Below, in pieces: positions 13,345 to 27,365 of a stretch of DNA of 64,000 bases (position 1 is the first letter of the stretch; every line of letters starts with the position of its first letter). The notes below the pieces were generated by a model. It was not told where the DNA came from and ran no database searches. It saw nothing but the letters and a program-made list of their open reading frames with translations. The stretch comes from Callorhinchus milii. Lineage: Eukaryota. The translations under genes were made by a program, and so were the position numbers. The DNA lies in the NCBI RefSeq assembly GCF_018977255.1, contig NW_024704742.1, positions 127,164,001 through 127,228,000 on the forward strand, read 5' to 3'.

Positions 13345-15817
13345 CATTTTTATTGAGTACCTGAGCTATAGAGAGAGGAAAGGTATAGAATTTAAATCCT
13401 AACCCCTTCTGAGTCTGCCTATCTCAGCTGAGACAACACTAGAGTTTCTACACTGAAACCTTGTTATACTGCAGTTGTTTGGATCCATAAAGTCCCAACC
13501 TGCACTACGGACGGTTCATCTGTCCGTGCTATAGCTGGCTGGCCGACTTCCTGCACACTGTCGGTTTCTGTGCATTAAAAAAAAGCACCAACTTTTGGTG
13601 ATCAGGTGGCCACTGATATCACTTCCTGTTTTTGCTGCATTTGCACGTAACAAGAAGTAACATTGTCATCAACTTGGTGACCAAAACGCCAGCTATTTTA
13701 AAGCACAAGCAGACGAACTGGACCATGCACAGTGATTGGGTGCCACAGCCATGCTGCAAATGCGTTAAAGCTGAATTCACGCTTTAAACAGGACTGGACT
13801 GTCCCATTGGCTTCAATGACTAAAGTTGGGGTGGGATCAGTAAGCCAGAATTTATTTTTTTTGAAGTAATTATTACCCCCGGAATGGCTGATTTATGAGT
13901 CATCAGATCACTGCCAACGTCATTTTCTGTTTACTGCACTTGCCCAGCGTTTGAGTTTGTGTTGACGCACCTTCTCACACTGAATCAGGCATGGGAAGAA
14001 ACTGATGTGATGACCATGCCGTTCAACACATTCTTAACCTACTTTGTAAAACTCTTAAAAGCCTCAATTTCTTAGTGATCTTTTCCAGTAGTTGGTTAAT
14101 CTGTGATTGTAAAATAAAACGATTAGTGGTTTGTGGCCACATTTGTTGGATCTGTTTCCCATTAGTTCTGGTTTGTCATATATATTCTCATAGTTGGGTA
14201 AGTTTACAAGGTCTCCATTACGTGAATAACCTTAGGAATTTGTGGTGCTTGCCAATCCTTTTTTTTAAACTCCAGCTTTCAAGACCATTTTTGGAGAGGT
14301 TGAAATGTCAATTTACTGAAAGCAAAACCAAACCATGCTTGTTGAGTTTGCATGAATTACATGTTCCAAGCTAGAGAATATGGCAGTTAAAAACTAGTTC
14401 TTAGGAATATTTAATTTCTTGTTATAAATCAGTTTTATTTTTATCATTATTTTGGAGAACTATGTCAGCTTCACTGAACAGGGAATCTTACTATGATAAT
14501 CTTGTTAGGAATGGTTAACGCTTACTATACTTTCCTTTCCAATCCCATCAAAGCCTGACAATTAGCTACTTATGTCTGAGGATGAAACCCCCAGGATAGG
14601 ATTTATATATTCAATGAGTGGACAAGCATGAAAACTCCTATGTATTGCACCAGTTAAGCTAAACACTCTTAAGGCTTATGCTGGACGAAAGGCACTATCT
14701 AAATTCGAGTTGTTTTTGAGTCCAAATTTTCCATGTAATAATTGGGACACAAATTGTCATACTTTCTGTTTCTGTTACACACGAGAAGAGCAACATTTTT
14801 ATATCGTGCTAGGAAGATAAAATGTGACAATGCTGAGCTTCGGACAAGTTGATTCCCGCACATCTCTTTAGCACCCCAGGACATTATCCTAAATGAAGAG
14901 CTGCATTTAAACACATGCTTTTGTTGCTCTAATGTGACCATAAATCTGTCTGTCACCAGTTGCTCTTGGTATTACAGTAGAGCACTGTAATAATTCGGAA
15001 GTTGGACCACCCAATAAATTCCCAACTAGTCTTATATTGGGACATGTTCACTGTGATGTCACCGATCATTTGACTGGTGACATCGTTGCACGTAGAAAGA
15101 TGGTTGGCTTCCTGTATAAAACATGGCTGGCTTCCAGATCATGAGGTGGCTCCCAACCCTGCTTCACTTATAGCAAAGCACGTTACCACAGAGTTCTACT
15201 CTTTCATCTCAGTGAAACGCAATGATTCAATGGAATTGGAATCATACAACATTACAGCGCAGAAACAGGGTATTTGAGTGATCCGTCAAGTCCGCACTGA
15301 TATTTGTCTTATCAAGAGCCACCAAGTCTAATCCCATTCTTCTGCTTGCTCCTCACACCTTTAATATTGGATAGTTAACAAAAAAATTCCTTTTATGGAG
15401 TCCCGCTTATAACATGGTGATTGGGATTGTAAAATCCTTACCTCTTATGCACCAGCTTATTCCCAGGCTTAAAAAAAGGTTGAATTTCAGGTCATCGGGT
15501 CGAGGTCAACATCAGTTCTTGTGCACTTAGTGTTCACAAAGCAGGAAGTGACATTAGTAGCGACCCAATGGCCTGGGCATTGACCCAGCAGGAGAGCTGG
15601 CTAGAAAATGTTCACACAGAATCTGTTAATTCTATTACCATGTATCTCCACAATAATGCACTTTATTGTGGCTCTGATTTGGTTATGAGTGCGCTGTGTT
15701 CTTTTTTACTTTTGCTGATTATCAGCACTCTTCCATTTCTTGCTGCAAGATCTGGAACCTGTCTAACATTCTGAGAGACATAATGCAAACTTTTGTATTT
15801 CTATTGCCTTTGCACAG

Positions 15818-15917
15818 GGCTTGAATTTCCTGATTCCAATTATAGATCGGATAAAATATGTGCAGAGCTTAAAGGAGATTGTTATTGATGTTCCAGAACA
15901 GTCTGCTGTCTCGCTAG
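15818..15917 (+). CDS. STOML2: STOML2 exon 3
   Basis: GLNFLIPIIDRIKYVQSLKEIVIDVPEQSAVSL; AG/GT boundaries; 100 nt. Confidence 0.97.
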
Positions 15918-16169
15918 GTAAGCACTGTGGTAAATTAAGATTCAATGTTGGACACTGAATTTGTCACATTCTTTTAAAGAGAATTTGCTTTCCCCAAAAA
16001 AACATAATGGATATGTTTTAATTTCACATCTGTAAAGTGCCCATAATTTAATGTTTGATTACAAACGAATAGATGTAAATACTGACTTCACTTGAAGATG
16101 TGTTGCTCACATTCATTTCAATAGAATTATGCTTATTGTAACTTTATTATTTCTATTTATTTTTTGCAG

Positions 16170-16228
16170 ATAATGTGACTTTACAGATAGATGGTGTACT
16201 ATATCTACGAATAGAGGACCCATATAAG
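16170..16228 (+). CDS. STOML2: STOML2 exon 4
   Basis: DNVTLQIDGVLYLRIEDPYK; 59 nt; phase consistent with neighbours. Confidence 0.97.
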
Positions 16229-16864
16229 GTAGTCTTGGTTTATATGAGGACCCATATAAGGTAGTGAATGTTTAAACTCTCTGTGTCTCACTTGTATGTG
16301 CTGCTACTAAAAATAATGCAGCATCAGGGCTGTGTGAACTGTTGTGGTATTTCCATTGTGTTTTTATAGAAGTTAAATAAACACATAGAATATTCCAGGA
16401 CAAAAAAAGGCCATTCGACCCAATCTAGTCTGCCCTGGTGACTTCCTCTATATGCATAATTATGGCATAATTCTACTCCCTCATATGCTCTTCATACTTG
16501 CTAATGTTCCTTCTCTTCAAGTATCTATCTTACTCCCTTTCAAAATAATTGATTGACTCGGCTTCAACTTTGGTTTGCGACAGAGAATTCAACATGCTAA
16601 CCACAAAATTTTGTGCACAAAATTTCAGTGTAGAGAATTGCAGATTTCATCTGGGTTGGCAGCAATGTAGTTCCTGTGCAGGCAAAACCAACTATCCCAG
16701 ACCTACAGTTCAGAGGAAGAAAACTGCAAATAAATAAAGTCAAATTACTTGCAGCAGATTTCAAAGTTATGAGAAATTATCTTACTAAAGGAGTTATTTA
16801 CAAATTTTGGTCAGACGAGTGTCTGACACATGTGGAAACCTATCACCATGCTTAAGTGTATCTA

Positions 16865-17085
16865 AACAACAACAAATTGCATTTATATAGTGCCTTTCAC
16901 ATCGGGAGGATGTCCCAAGGCACTGGACAATGAGGGTTTTGCACCTGAGCCGCAGGTTGGGGTCAGAAAGGGGTGGAGAGCAAGAGGGATGGAGGAGGTA
17001 AGGGGGCTTGACTGAAGGCATGGTCGAAGGTCTTGAGACAGACCTTGAAGGAGGCAAGGGAGAGGACGCAGCGGATGGGCTCCGG
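16865..17085 (-). mobile_element. L2 LINE 3' fragment
   Basis: (CAA)n tail and stem-loop on the minus strand. Confidence 0.8.
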
Positions 17086-18876
17086 GAAGGAGACAAAATG
17101 AGCTCCATGCATCCCACTTATACTTGGAAATCCCAGAGATAATTATTGCAATGGAATACATACTCTCTTCCTGGAGATGCAGTGTGTGTGTTGGGGTTAC
17201 TGCTGGAGTCTAACCAGCTAAAACCACAACATAACTTGCCATTGAGAGACCTGCCTGGCAAGGTTTCCCCCTGGCTGTACTGTCATCAACAGTGCCCTGG
17301 AATACTGCACACCTGCCTGGCTCAGGAACCAGACTGGAGACCGTCACAGAGGGTTATGTTCGATTCTGAATTCAAGGATTATTATTATTCCTTTGTCAAA
17401 CATGTCACCTTGGAGCCAGTTCAGTTCCCAGGAGACCCCGCTTACCTCCCCCTCCACCAGGAGGATAGTCATAAATTGGTCATTTGACATCCGATAAGCA
17501 CTAAATGAAGCCTGAGCTCTCACTGGGTGGAAGGCAGTACCAGGAATTCCCAAGTCAGAGTTTCCTGGTGCACAATACAGCTCAGCATGAAATGAGCGAG
17601 AAAGCATTGCCACCATCTTCATTGTAACAAGGATTTAAAAAGATGACGTTTTGCAACAGGTGACTGTAAATTAGGGCTATAACTACAGTGGAACATATAA
17701 TCTGGGGAGGAAAGTATTTACTTAAAAGCAGTAATTGGCTGTAATTCAAGTATTAGAGTCGATTTAAAATGAGATTGATAGAAAATTGGTTTGTGTGTTC
17801 ATTCATTCTTTGCTCACAGCAAATATTTGTTTGTTAAGTAGTCCCTTAACTGGAGTCATTTATATAAAACTTGACTTGTGGCCAGCACGTAATAAAATGT
17901 GGTTTAAGTACTTTTGCTTGAATGTTTTTTTAATTAATTAAAAAGTGCATGTTTAATAAAATGCAACGTATCCTGTGGAGAAATGGAAAGCTGGTCTCCG
18001 GCTGCATTCTTCAGTGCAGTACTTTCCCAAACTTGCCAGCAGCAAAGCCACCAAGTGACACTGTGTCATTATGCTACCAGTTGCTGTATCAAATTAAATG
18101 GTGTGATCCACTTGTGTGGCCGTATGTATGTTTGATATTTTACTGACTTTAAAACCTTCACAAAGTGTTAACATTAGTTTCATAAACATCTCTCCGTCAG
18201 ACACTAAAGTCTGTAAAATGTGGATCTGTTCAGAATTATTCACAAATCTATTCACTCATAGAACCATATAACTTTACATCAGAGAAGAAGGCCATTCAGC
18301 TCATCTTGAAAGGGCAATTCAGTCCCGTTTATCTGGCTTTTCCCCATACTCCTTCAAGTTACTCCTTTTTAGATATCTATCTCATTCCCTTTGAGAGCTG
18401 CCTTGACCAATCCTCCCATCAGGGCACACTGCATCCTAGCAACCCTCTGTTAAATAAATAATAAAATCAAACCTCCTAATATTCTCTTTTGCTTTTTGGT
18501 AACTTTCTTGAATCATATATCTGGAGGGGAAAAAAGCTGCTTCAGTAACGTAACGTTTTGTTTGGAATTTCCACACTTAAGCAATTTTAAATTTAATTTT
18601 CGCTGCTGAATGTGCTACCAACCTTCTGTGCCACATTATAAATCTGTGTTAAACATTTTCTAATCAGACTTGCACTTCTTCCAAATTGGGGAAAAACTGG
18701 AAAGTGAACCTCCTTTGGCTGTGTGCCTCCAAAATACTCAAACAAGTTTGAAAGTTGTGGGGTATTTTCTATGATGGCTTCTGTTCAGAAATTTGGATAT
18801 GCATCATTTGAAGAAATTATGTGACCATTTTGCACATACTCTAAACTCATGATAATTCAACCCTGTCTTAACTTGT

Positions 18877-19200
18877 GGAGTCCTGTAGCTCAGTGGTTAG
18901 AGCACTCGCTTTGCAAGTGAGAGACCTGAGTTCAATTCCAGGCAGGTCAGGGCGAAACCTTGGGCAAGTTTCCTTACTCCACACAGAGCCTAATAATAAT
19001 CCCTCCAAAACCAAAAGCAATAATAAATTGGTCATTTTCAATCTACGACTGTTTGTGGGACATTGCTGTGCGCAATTGGCTGCCGCGTTCTCCCACAAAT
19101 ATGCAGTCAATTCACTTTACAGTGTGTTCTGTGAAGCGCTTTGGGACGTCCTCCCGACGTGAAAAGCGCTATATCAAAATGCAAGGATTATTATTATTAT
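18877..19200 (+). mobile_element. Full-length tRNA(Ala-like)-derived SINE with Deu-type core and L2-type tail
   Basis: A box TAGCTCAGTGG, B box GTTCAATTCC, core TTGCTGTGCGCAATTGGCTGCCGCGTT, stem-loop, (TTA)n. Confidence 0.92.
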
Positions 19201-19541
19201 TTATTCATGTATTTATACATATGTCTAACTCACCACTCCTGATAACTTGTCACTGAGTCCTTTGCCCTTGGAGTGGCAAGTTATGAAGAGTTTACTGTTT
19301 GTGAATTTTAATGTGAGGCCACCTCTTCTTTCCCCATGTGCTGCTGGTAACAAATATATAGTTTTAAAAAATGAAATTGTTTGAGACAAATAAAATAAGA
19401 ACATCTTGTGTTGATAGAGTTTAGCGCATGTTACATGTCTGTTCTATTGTCTGTGCAAACTCTGGACTATCCAGTGCTTTTCTCTGTGGTAGTGCCTTGA
19501 CGTAGTTATATTAAATATCTATGATTTTTTTTTCCCTTCAG

Positions 19542-19643
19542 TCGAGTTATGGAGTTGAAGATCCTGAATACGCAGTGACTCAACTGGCGCAGACCACGAT
19601 GAGATCTGAACTCGGAAAACTCACACTGGACAAAGTGTTTAGG
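19542..19643 (+). CDS. STOML2: STOML2 exon 5
   Basis: SSYGVEDPEYAVTQLAQTTMRSELGKLTLDKVFR; 102 nt. Confidence 0.97.
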
Positions 19644-19758
19644 GTAAAGCACTTTTCAGTTCAAATCATCTGATCCAGTCTTTTTTTGATCGTATATTTG
19701 CACATTAATGTCCAGTTCTGGATGCCAGCCTAGGGACGCATCTTACAGCTGTTTTATT

Positions 19759-21702
19759 CCAAAGTCAAGGGAATCCGCTCAGCTGCCTCTGCCACTGCAT
19801 CTGCTATCCCCTCCCCATCTCCTCCTCCCACCCCGGCCCATGCCCATCCCTCCCTCCACACCTTTGAACCGTCTCTCCCTCCTCTCCCATCACCACCATA
19901 ACCTGTATGAAACCTACCACCTGCTCCCTCGACCCCATCCCTTCCCCTCTCCTTACCTCCCAGCTCCACCTCCTTGCCCCTCTACTCACTGACATCGTAT
20001 ACCTCTCCCTGTCCTCTGGTACTGTTTCCATCCCATTAAAAACTGGCTGTCATCACCCTGGACCCTTCTCTACTCCCTAACTACCACCCCACCTCCAACC
20101 TCCCCTTCCTCTCCAAGGTTTATGGAATTCACTACACCAGAAGGCTGTAGATGCTCAGTCCTTAAACATTTTCAAGCTGAGACTGATAGATTTTTAAAAA
20201 ATAGAGGGATTAGGGGATATGGGGATAGCGCAGGTAATTAGAGTTAGGTCAGAAGATCAGCCATGATCTTATTGAATGGCGGGGCAGGTTCGAGGGGCCG
20301 AATGGCCTACTCCTGCTCCTAGTTCTTATGTTCTTATGTTCTTATGCCTGGAACGAGATGTTGCTTCTCAGCTTCGCTCCTTCTTCTCTCGTCACTCCCT
20401 TCTCGAAACCCTCCAATCGGGTTTCCATGCCGCCCACAGCACAGAAACAGCCCTGGTCAAAGTGACAAATGACATTCTGTCCATCTGCGACCAAGGCTCC
20501 CTCTGCCTCCTCTTCCTCCTTCATATCTCTGCTGCTTTCGACACCATTGACCACTCTATCCTCATCCGCCGCCTCTCCTCTCACCTCAACCTCCACGGCG
20601 CTATCCTTGATTGGTTTAGATCGTACCTCTCACACCACGTCCAGTTCATCTCCTCAAACGGCTTCTCCTCTAGCCCCTGAACCGTCTCGTGCGGCATTCC
20701 TCAGGGTTCTGTCCTTGGTCCCCTCCTCTTCAGTATTTATATGCTCCCTGTTGATGACATCATCCGCATATGTATGCGGATGACACCCAACTCTATCTCT
20801 CTGCCTCCACCCTTGACTCCAGGACCACTGCTGTCCTGACAGAATGTCTGTCAGACATCAGGTCCTGGATGAGAGCAAACTTTCTTCAGTTGAATGTTAA
20901 CAAGACGAGGCTCTCCTGCAGGTGCTGACAGCATCACCATCCATGGTTACAGACTCCACCTCACTAAGCCAGTCCGGAACCTTGGGGTCCGGTTTGTCCC
21001 TCAACTATCCTTTCTACCCCACATCTGTGCCATGAACCATTCTGCCTTCCCCCACTTCCGCAACGTTGCCCGGCTCACACCGCAGGGCACCAAAACCCTC
21101 ATACGTGCTTTACATCAAGGCTCGACTATGCAAACTCCTTGCTTATCGCCTCCCCAACTCCTCCCTCCATTGGCTGCAGATCATCCAGAACTCTGCAGTC
21201 CGTGTCCTCTCCCGCACCATGTTCCCTGACCCTATCACCCTCATCCCCGCCCGACTCCACTGGCTTCCCATCACACAGAGTACACAGTTCAAGATCCTGG
21301 TCCTCACATTCAAAGCCCTCCACGGTCTTGCTCCCCCCTACCTCTGCAACCTCCTAAACCCCTACCATCCTGTTCAATCCCTCCGCTCAGCGGGCTCCGG
21401 CCTGCTTCACGTACCCCACCTTGCTCGCCCCACTATCAGCGCGTGGGCCATCCGACAATCTGCCCCCACCCTCTGGAACTTCATCCCGCAGTCCCTCCGT
21501 CTTGCCCTCCCTCGCCACCTTCTAGACCCATGTCAAGACCCTTTTCTTTAACCGTGGTTTTGATCTTCCTGCTTCCCCCCACCCCCTGCCCTCCACCTTC
21601 CCCCTCCCCGACCCCCATCTCTGGTCCGTAACTCTGTGTCCAGCGCCTTGGGATGGCCTCCCGATGTGAAAGGCGCTATACAAATGTAATTTTGTTGTTG
21701 TT
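19759..21702 (+). mobile_element. Degraded 5'-truncated L2 LINE (RT region to tail) containing a nested CR1
   Basis: [29 protein letters not shown] segment, LHWLPI, (TTG)n tail. Confidence 0.93.
20120..20346 (+). mobile_element. CR1 3' fragment with (TTCTTATG)n tail inserted in L2
   Basis: CR1-type 3'UTR ggggccgaatggcctactcctgctcct and octamer tail; the L2 sequence resumes directly afterwards. Confidence 0.85.
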
Positions 21703-23008
21703 ATGGTTATAACTGACGGCCATGAATGATTCCCTGGTGTCAGGTGGAGTCCCTCAATAGGTCATCTACCCTGGTCTGAAACACAACAATGAAATTAAAT
21801 TTGTCTCCAACAAAGATTAGAAGATTATTATATGTTATATTAGTGTTACACAGATATAGAGGGCAATCCTTCATTTAGTTTGCTATAAAAATATCTGAAA
21901 GTAGAAGGAAAGCTACGGAAGATTAAACATTACCTGATTTGTTCCTCTGTTCTTGGACCAATCCAGTGACTTCACTGATGATGAAGAAGAGTTGGAGGCA
22001 TCTCAGACCAGTTCTGTTTAGTGTAACTGGTTAGTGTAACTGAGATCCACTCAAATCCATTGAAGGTCAGAACCAGCTAATTATTTTGTGAAGCACAATT
22101 TCAAGAGGTTTAGTTGCTCGACTCCATATAAACACCCCAGACCAGGACAAAGCTTCCAACCTGTTAAACTAAATGGAGCACCTCCTGCACCCACCTGGCT
22201 CCTCCTTGTTAGTGATGCCACTGGAGCAGCCTAGGAATGTCGGAGATGACACCCCAAACAATGTTAAAACAAAACTGCAGCAAAGAAGATCAATTAAGAA
22301 TGTCGGAGTATAATAATAATAATCCTTGCATTTTATATAACACCTAATCACGTCTTCTAGACATCTCAAAACGCTTCACAGAATATACAGTAAAATGAAT
22401 TGACTGTATATTTTGAGGTGAAATAGTCAGTAGACTGACTAATATAGGCATAGAGTGTTTAATGTTTAGTACATCAAATGTATCCAATTGTGCAGGAACC
22501 AAACCCCTGACATCCATGGAGCTTGGCAATCAGCTTCTGGCTCGTGCGACGTGGCTTTGGGCTGCCTGTAATACGTTCCCAAAGATTTTGTTTAGTAAAT
22601 TGCTGCTATTCCTCTAACAGGTCATAATTATTCTCAGGGATCATATATTCTGTACAAAATGATTCTTTTCAGTTGTAAATTAAGTTGGTAATTTGTGTAA
22701 CCCAGTGTGTGCCAATGTTGTTGCGATAAAATACATCTGATTGGATCTTCCAATCCTTGTTTTACGACAAGTGGAAATACTGAAATGTAATTCTGGTCTC
22801 GGTTTATGAGCTGTTCATTTTGAGAAATGAATTGGATGAAAAAACATCATCTGAGACAGCAAGAGACACTTTACTCAAGTGACATTATCGTTTCACTGCC
22901 AGCCCAGGCCTGCACTTGAACAGAAAGTTATATTTGACCCAAGATTCAAATAAAGATTTTCCTGATGTCTGATTTAAGAGTTGTACTTTTACCACAGCCC
23001 AAAAATGT

Positions 23009-23323
23009 AGAGTCCTGGAGCATATTGGTTAGAGCCGTCTCCTCACAAGCGAGAAGACCCGGGTTCGATTCCCGGCAGGGCGAAACCTTCGGCACGTTTC
23101 ATTAATCCACACGCAGTAAGCAAGAACCCGATTGTTAGTTGATTCGTGGATTATCCGGGGATAATAATTTCCTTACAATTTTTTTTAATAATAATAATAA
23201 TTTGTTCACTCACTCATTCCACAGCTGTGCGCAATTGGCTGCCATGTTTCTCCCACAAAATATACAGTCAGTTCGCTTTGAAACAGTGTGACAAAGCACT
23301 ATATCAAATGCAAGATTATTATT
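23009..23323 (+). mobile_element. tRNA-derived SINE, variant subfamily
   Basis: Head with GGTTCGATTCC B box, shared core, (TTA) tail. Confidence 0.85.
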
Positions 23324-23719
23324 AAAAAACTTCTTTTGTCAGTTTTGCTTCATCTGTATTCCAGAGATTGCTGTGGGTCATAGTTAACTTTTCACACAGG
23401 CTGAGTTATTGTAATGCAGTTCTTTTCTGTAGACTCAATTTACACAACCTTTGTCTCCAGTGAACTCACCTTCAGCAAATAAACCTTGACAGTTTTACTT
23501 TTATTATAGTTTCAGAAGTGCAAAGGCTATGCCTAATACATGGTACTACACAGCTTTCTATAAAAGTTCCTAAAGGATCCCGATCCTCAGTTCGGGTCCG
23601 AAACTCTGTCTGTCCAGCGCCTTGGGACCCTCCCGACTTGAAAGGTGCTATACAATTGTAATTTTGTTGTTGTTGTTGTTAAAGGGTTTTTATTATGCTT
23701 GAGAAGCAGATTCCAGGAA

Positions 23720-24905
23720 TCCTCATCCACTGCCTCCTTTCACCTCAACCTTCACGGCTCTGTCCTTGATTGGTTCAGACCGTACCTCTCACACCGCCTC
23801 CACTTCATCTACAAAAACGGCTTCTCCTCTAGACCGCGGACCCTCTCGTGTGGCGTTCCTCAGGGCTTTGCCCTTGGTCCCCTCCTCTTCAATATCTACA
23901 TGCTCCCTCTTGCTGACATCATCTGCAGACATGGGGTCAACTTCCACATGTATGCGGATGACACCCAACTGTACCTCTCTGCCTCCACTCTTGATTCCAG
24001 AACTACTGCTGTCCTGACATAATGTTTGTCAGACATCAAGTCCTGGATGAGAGCAAACTTTCTTCAGTTGAATGTCAACAAGACCAAGTCTCACCTGATT
24101 GGCTCCTGTCAACGCCTCCACACCTCAGGCGCTGACAGCATCACCATCTATGATTGCACACTCCACCTCACTAAGCCAGTCCAGAATCTTGGCGTCTTGT
24201 TTGACCCTCAACTATCCTTTCTACCCCACATCTGCGCCACGATCCACTCTGCCTTCCCCCACCTCTCCAACATCGCCGAGCTCCGCTACTGTCTCACACT
24301 GCAGGCCACCAAAACCCTCATACGTGCTTTACATCAACTATGCAAACTCCTTGCTTGTCGGCCTCCCCAACTCCTCCCTCCATTGGCTGCAGGTCATCCA
24401 GAACTCTGCAGTCCGTGTCCTCTCCCGCACCATGTTCCGTGACCCTATCACCCTCATCCTCGCCCGACTCCACTGGCTTCCCATCACACAGAGGACACAG
24501 TTCAAGATTCTGGTCCTCACCTTGAAAGCCCTCCTTGGTCTTGCTCCACCCTACCTCTGTGACCTAACTCCCTTCCATCCTGCTCGCTCCCTCCGCTCAC
24601 CGGGCTCCGGCCTGTTTCACATCCCCGCCTCGCTCGGCCCACTATCAGCGGGCAGGCCTTCTACCGCTCCTCCCCCCACCCTCTGGAACTCCATCCCGCA
24701 GTCCCTCCGTCTTGCCCCCTCCCTTGCCTCCTTCAAGACCCTCCTCTTCGACCGTGCTTTCGGTCACCCTACTTCACCCCCCTCCCCTTCCCCCGCCCTC
24801 CACCCACCCCGACCCCCAGCTCAGGTCCGAAACTCTTGACTGTCCAGCGCCTTGGGACGTCCTCCCGACGTGAAAGGCGCAATACAAATGTAATTGTTGT
24901 TGTTG
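23720..24905 (+). mobile_element. 5'-truncated L2 LINE; a short L2 tail also lies at 23578-23680
   Basis: [13 protein letters not shown]...[15 protein letters not shown], stem-loop, (TTG)n. Confidence 0.93.
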
Positions 24906-26058
24906 GTATGTGGATATGTGTACAATATGCTTGTGGGTTTGCTTTTTTTTTAAACTTATACATTCCAAGTTGTGTCAAGATGTTTGTAATGTGGTGGATT
25001 TTAAACTGATATTTGACTTAATGATTTTTATCACAGTGTGAAAATAGACATCTGTGTCAATTGCTTAGCCTTATGTAAATATATTAAAGAGCAAACCACT
25101 AGTTTTAGGTACCAAGATTATATAAGGAGACTTGGTCATAGTACACTCCATTAGGAGCAGGAACTCAACCTGTTAGCTGCAGTTTGTCATCCCTTTTGTT
25201 GCACCACAACTTGTTGTGCCACAGTTTGTTCTTCTATTGCTAATATTGCACCTGTTGGCAGTAAACAGGATCTGCTATCCAGATCATGTGTATCCACTAC
25301 CTTTCAAAACCAAGCCAAGGAGCAAAAACTCAATCGGAAATAAAAATACTACAAGACATAATATTGAAAGAGCAGTAAAAAGAAGCTGGATTGCGTGACA
25401 GAGGTAAACGTATCTAGGGTTTTGTTTTGCGTGCTGAGACAGAATTGCATTTCTTGCATTCATTTTATTTTGTTCGCCACTTCTTATTCAGCAGGGAACA
25501 AGTGCCTGTTGTCTTATCACTGACACAGGCATAAACTATCTCCCAGATCTACATCAGAGCTGCTTACTTGGAGAGTAAACCCTTATTCCTTACCATTATT
25601 TTTAATTTGACATTGAAATCAAAATAGAAATGGAATTTTAGCAAAACATCTATTGGAAGGTTATGTGTGGACAATGAATCTGCCTGGTTTTACAATGCAT
25701 TCAATTTTAGCATTTTAAGTTAAAAGTTAATATAGTCATCTTCATTATTTAATATTAATTTTAACCTCTTTAAAATATTTGTTGTATCCTCTTTCTTGAA
25801 GGGGAAATACTTGCTGATGCCCTTTTGGAATTGAGCTTATCCCACTACCTGTGAGACATTCATGTCAGTTTACTTTGTTATATCCTGCGAAATATTTGTC
25901 TCTAAAGGACTGTGTTATTGATTGAAAGAGAAACATATGGTTGAACGCTCCAAGACACTACCTCCGTGAAGGGTACTATATAAATGCAAGATGTTGTTTT
26001 AGTTTTTGCCTTAGTTTTCCATTAATCTTTGAGCACTGACTCTCCAATTGATTTGCAG

Positions 26059-26193
26059 GAAAGAGAAGTACTGAATATGAATATGGTGACTCAAATAAAT
26101 CAAGCAGCAGATATGTGGGGGATCCGGTGCTTGCGATATGAAATTAAGGACATCCATGTTCCACCTAAAGTGAAGGAGGCCATGCAAATGCAG
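26059..26193 (+). CDS. STOML2: STOML2 exon 6
   Basis: EREVLNMNMVTQINQAADMWGIRCLRYEIKDIHVPPKVKEAMQMQ; 135 nt. Confidence 0.97.
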
Positions 26194-26338
26194 GTATATG
26201 TGGATGTTTATGTGTGTCATTTTCTTTGGTGGAAAGCAAATTGACTTGCACAGTATTTTGACTGCAAAGGGTTCTAAGCAGGGATGGCCAGTCATACAGT
26301 ATATCTAGTGGTTGATGGTGTGCTATCATTTACTGAGT

Positions 26339-26680
26339 GGAGTCCTGTAGCTCAGTGGTTTGAGCACTCACCCCGCAAACCAGAGACCTGGATTTGAAAA
26401 CATTGCGCAAGTTTCCTTTCTCCACACACCTCTGTTTACCTTGCAGTCATTCGGAACCCGGTTGTTAGTAGATTGGCGGATCGCTTTTCTGGGGATAATA
26501 ATTCCTTCAAAAATAATAATAATAAATTGGACACTCAATCCACGACTGTTTGTGGGACACTGCTGTGCGCAATTGGCTGTCTCGTTTCGCCTACAGAGTA
26601 TACACTCAATTCACTTTACACTATATTCTGTGAAGCTCTTTGAGATATCTCGAAGACGTGATAAATGCAAAGATTATTAT
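26339..26680 (+). mobile_element. tRNA-derived SINE, variant subfamily
   Basis: ggagtcctgtagctcagtgg head, core and tail. Confidence 0.85.
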
Positions 26681-26810
26681 TGTCATTCTCTTTATATATT
26701 ATGTTAATCACTTTGCTGGTAGAAACAGGTACTCTCTCCTTGAATTCTGTCTCAATCCTCTCCTGAAAGTACTATTTTAGGATTTGGTTCCATAGACATT
26801 GGCAATTCTC

Positions 26811-27365
26811 TCATATCATAGAATCATAGAATTATACAGCACAGAAGGAGGCCATTCAGCCCATCGTGTCTGTGCCTCTGCTCTTTGAAAAGAACTATCC
26901 AAATCAATCCCACTCACCCGCTCTCTCTCCATAGCCCTGCAAACTTGTCCTCCCCAATAATTATCTATTTCTCTCTTAAAAGTTGTTATTGAATCGGCTT
27001 CCACCACCCTTTCAGTAATGCATTCCAGATCCAAACAACTCGCTGTGTAAAAAAAATTCTCCTCAGCTTCCCTCTGTTTCTTTTAACAACTATTTTAAAT
27101 AGGTGTCCTCGGGTTACCGACCCATCCGCCAGTGGAAATAGTTTCTCTTTGTTCACCCTATCGAATTCCCTCATAATTTTGAAAACTTCTATTAAGTCTC
27201 CTCTTAACCTTCTCTGCTCCAAGGAGAATAATCCCAGCTTCTCTAACCTCCCCTGATAACTGAAGTCCCTCATTCCTGGTACCATCCTGGTAAATCTCCT
27301 TTGCACCCTCTCCAATACCCTGATGTCCTTCCTAAAGTGTGGTGCCCAGAACTGAACACAGTACT
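26811..27365 (-). mobile_element. CR1 LINE 3' fragment
   Basis: YCVQFWAPHFRKDIRVLERVQRRFTRM...; (ATTCTATG)n tail. Confidence 0.93.

Noticed and set aside
18877..18950. tRNA-Ala(TGC)-like sequence (also at 28852, 56579 and the 58005 end)
   Set aside because: It is the head of a multi-copy SINE; there is no proper acceptor stem and it continues into SINE core and tail
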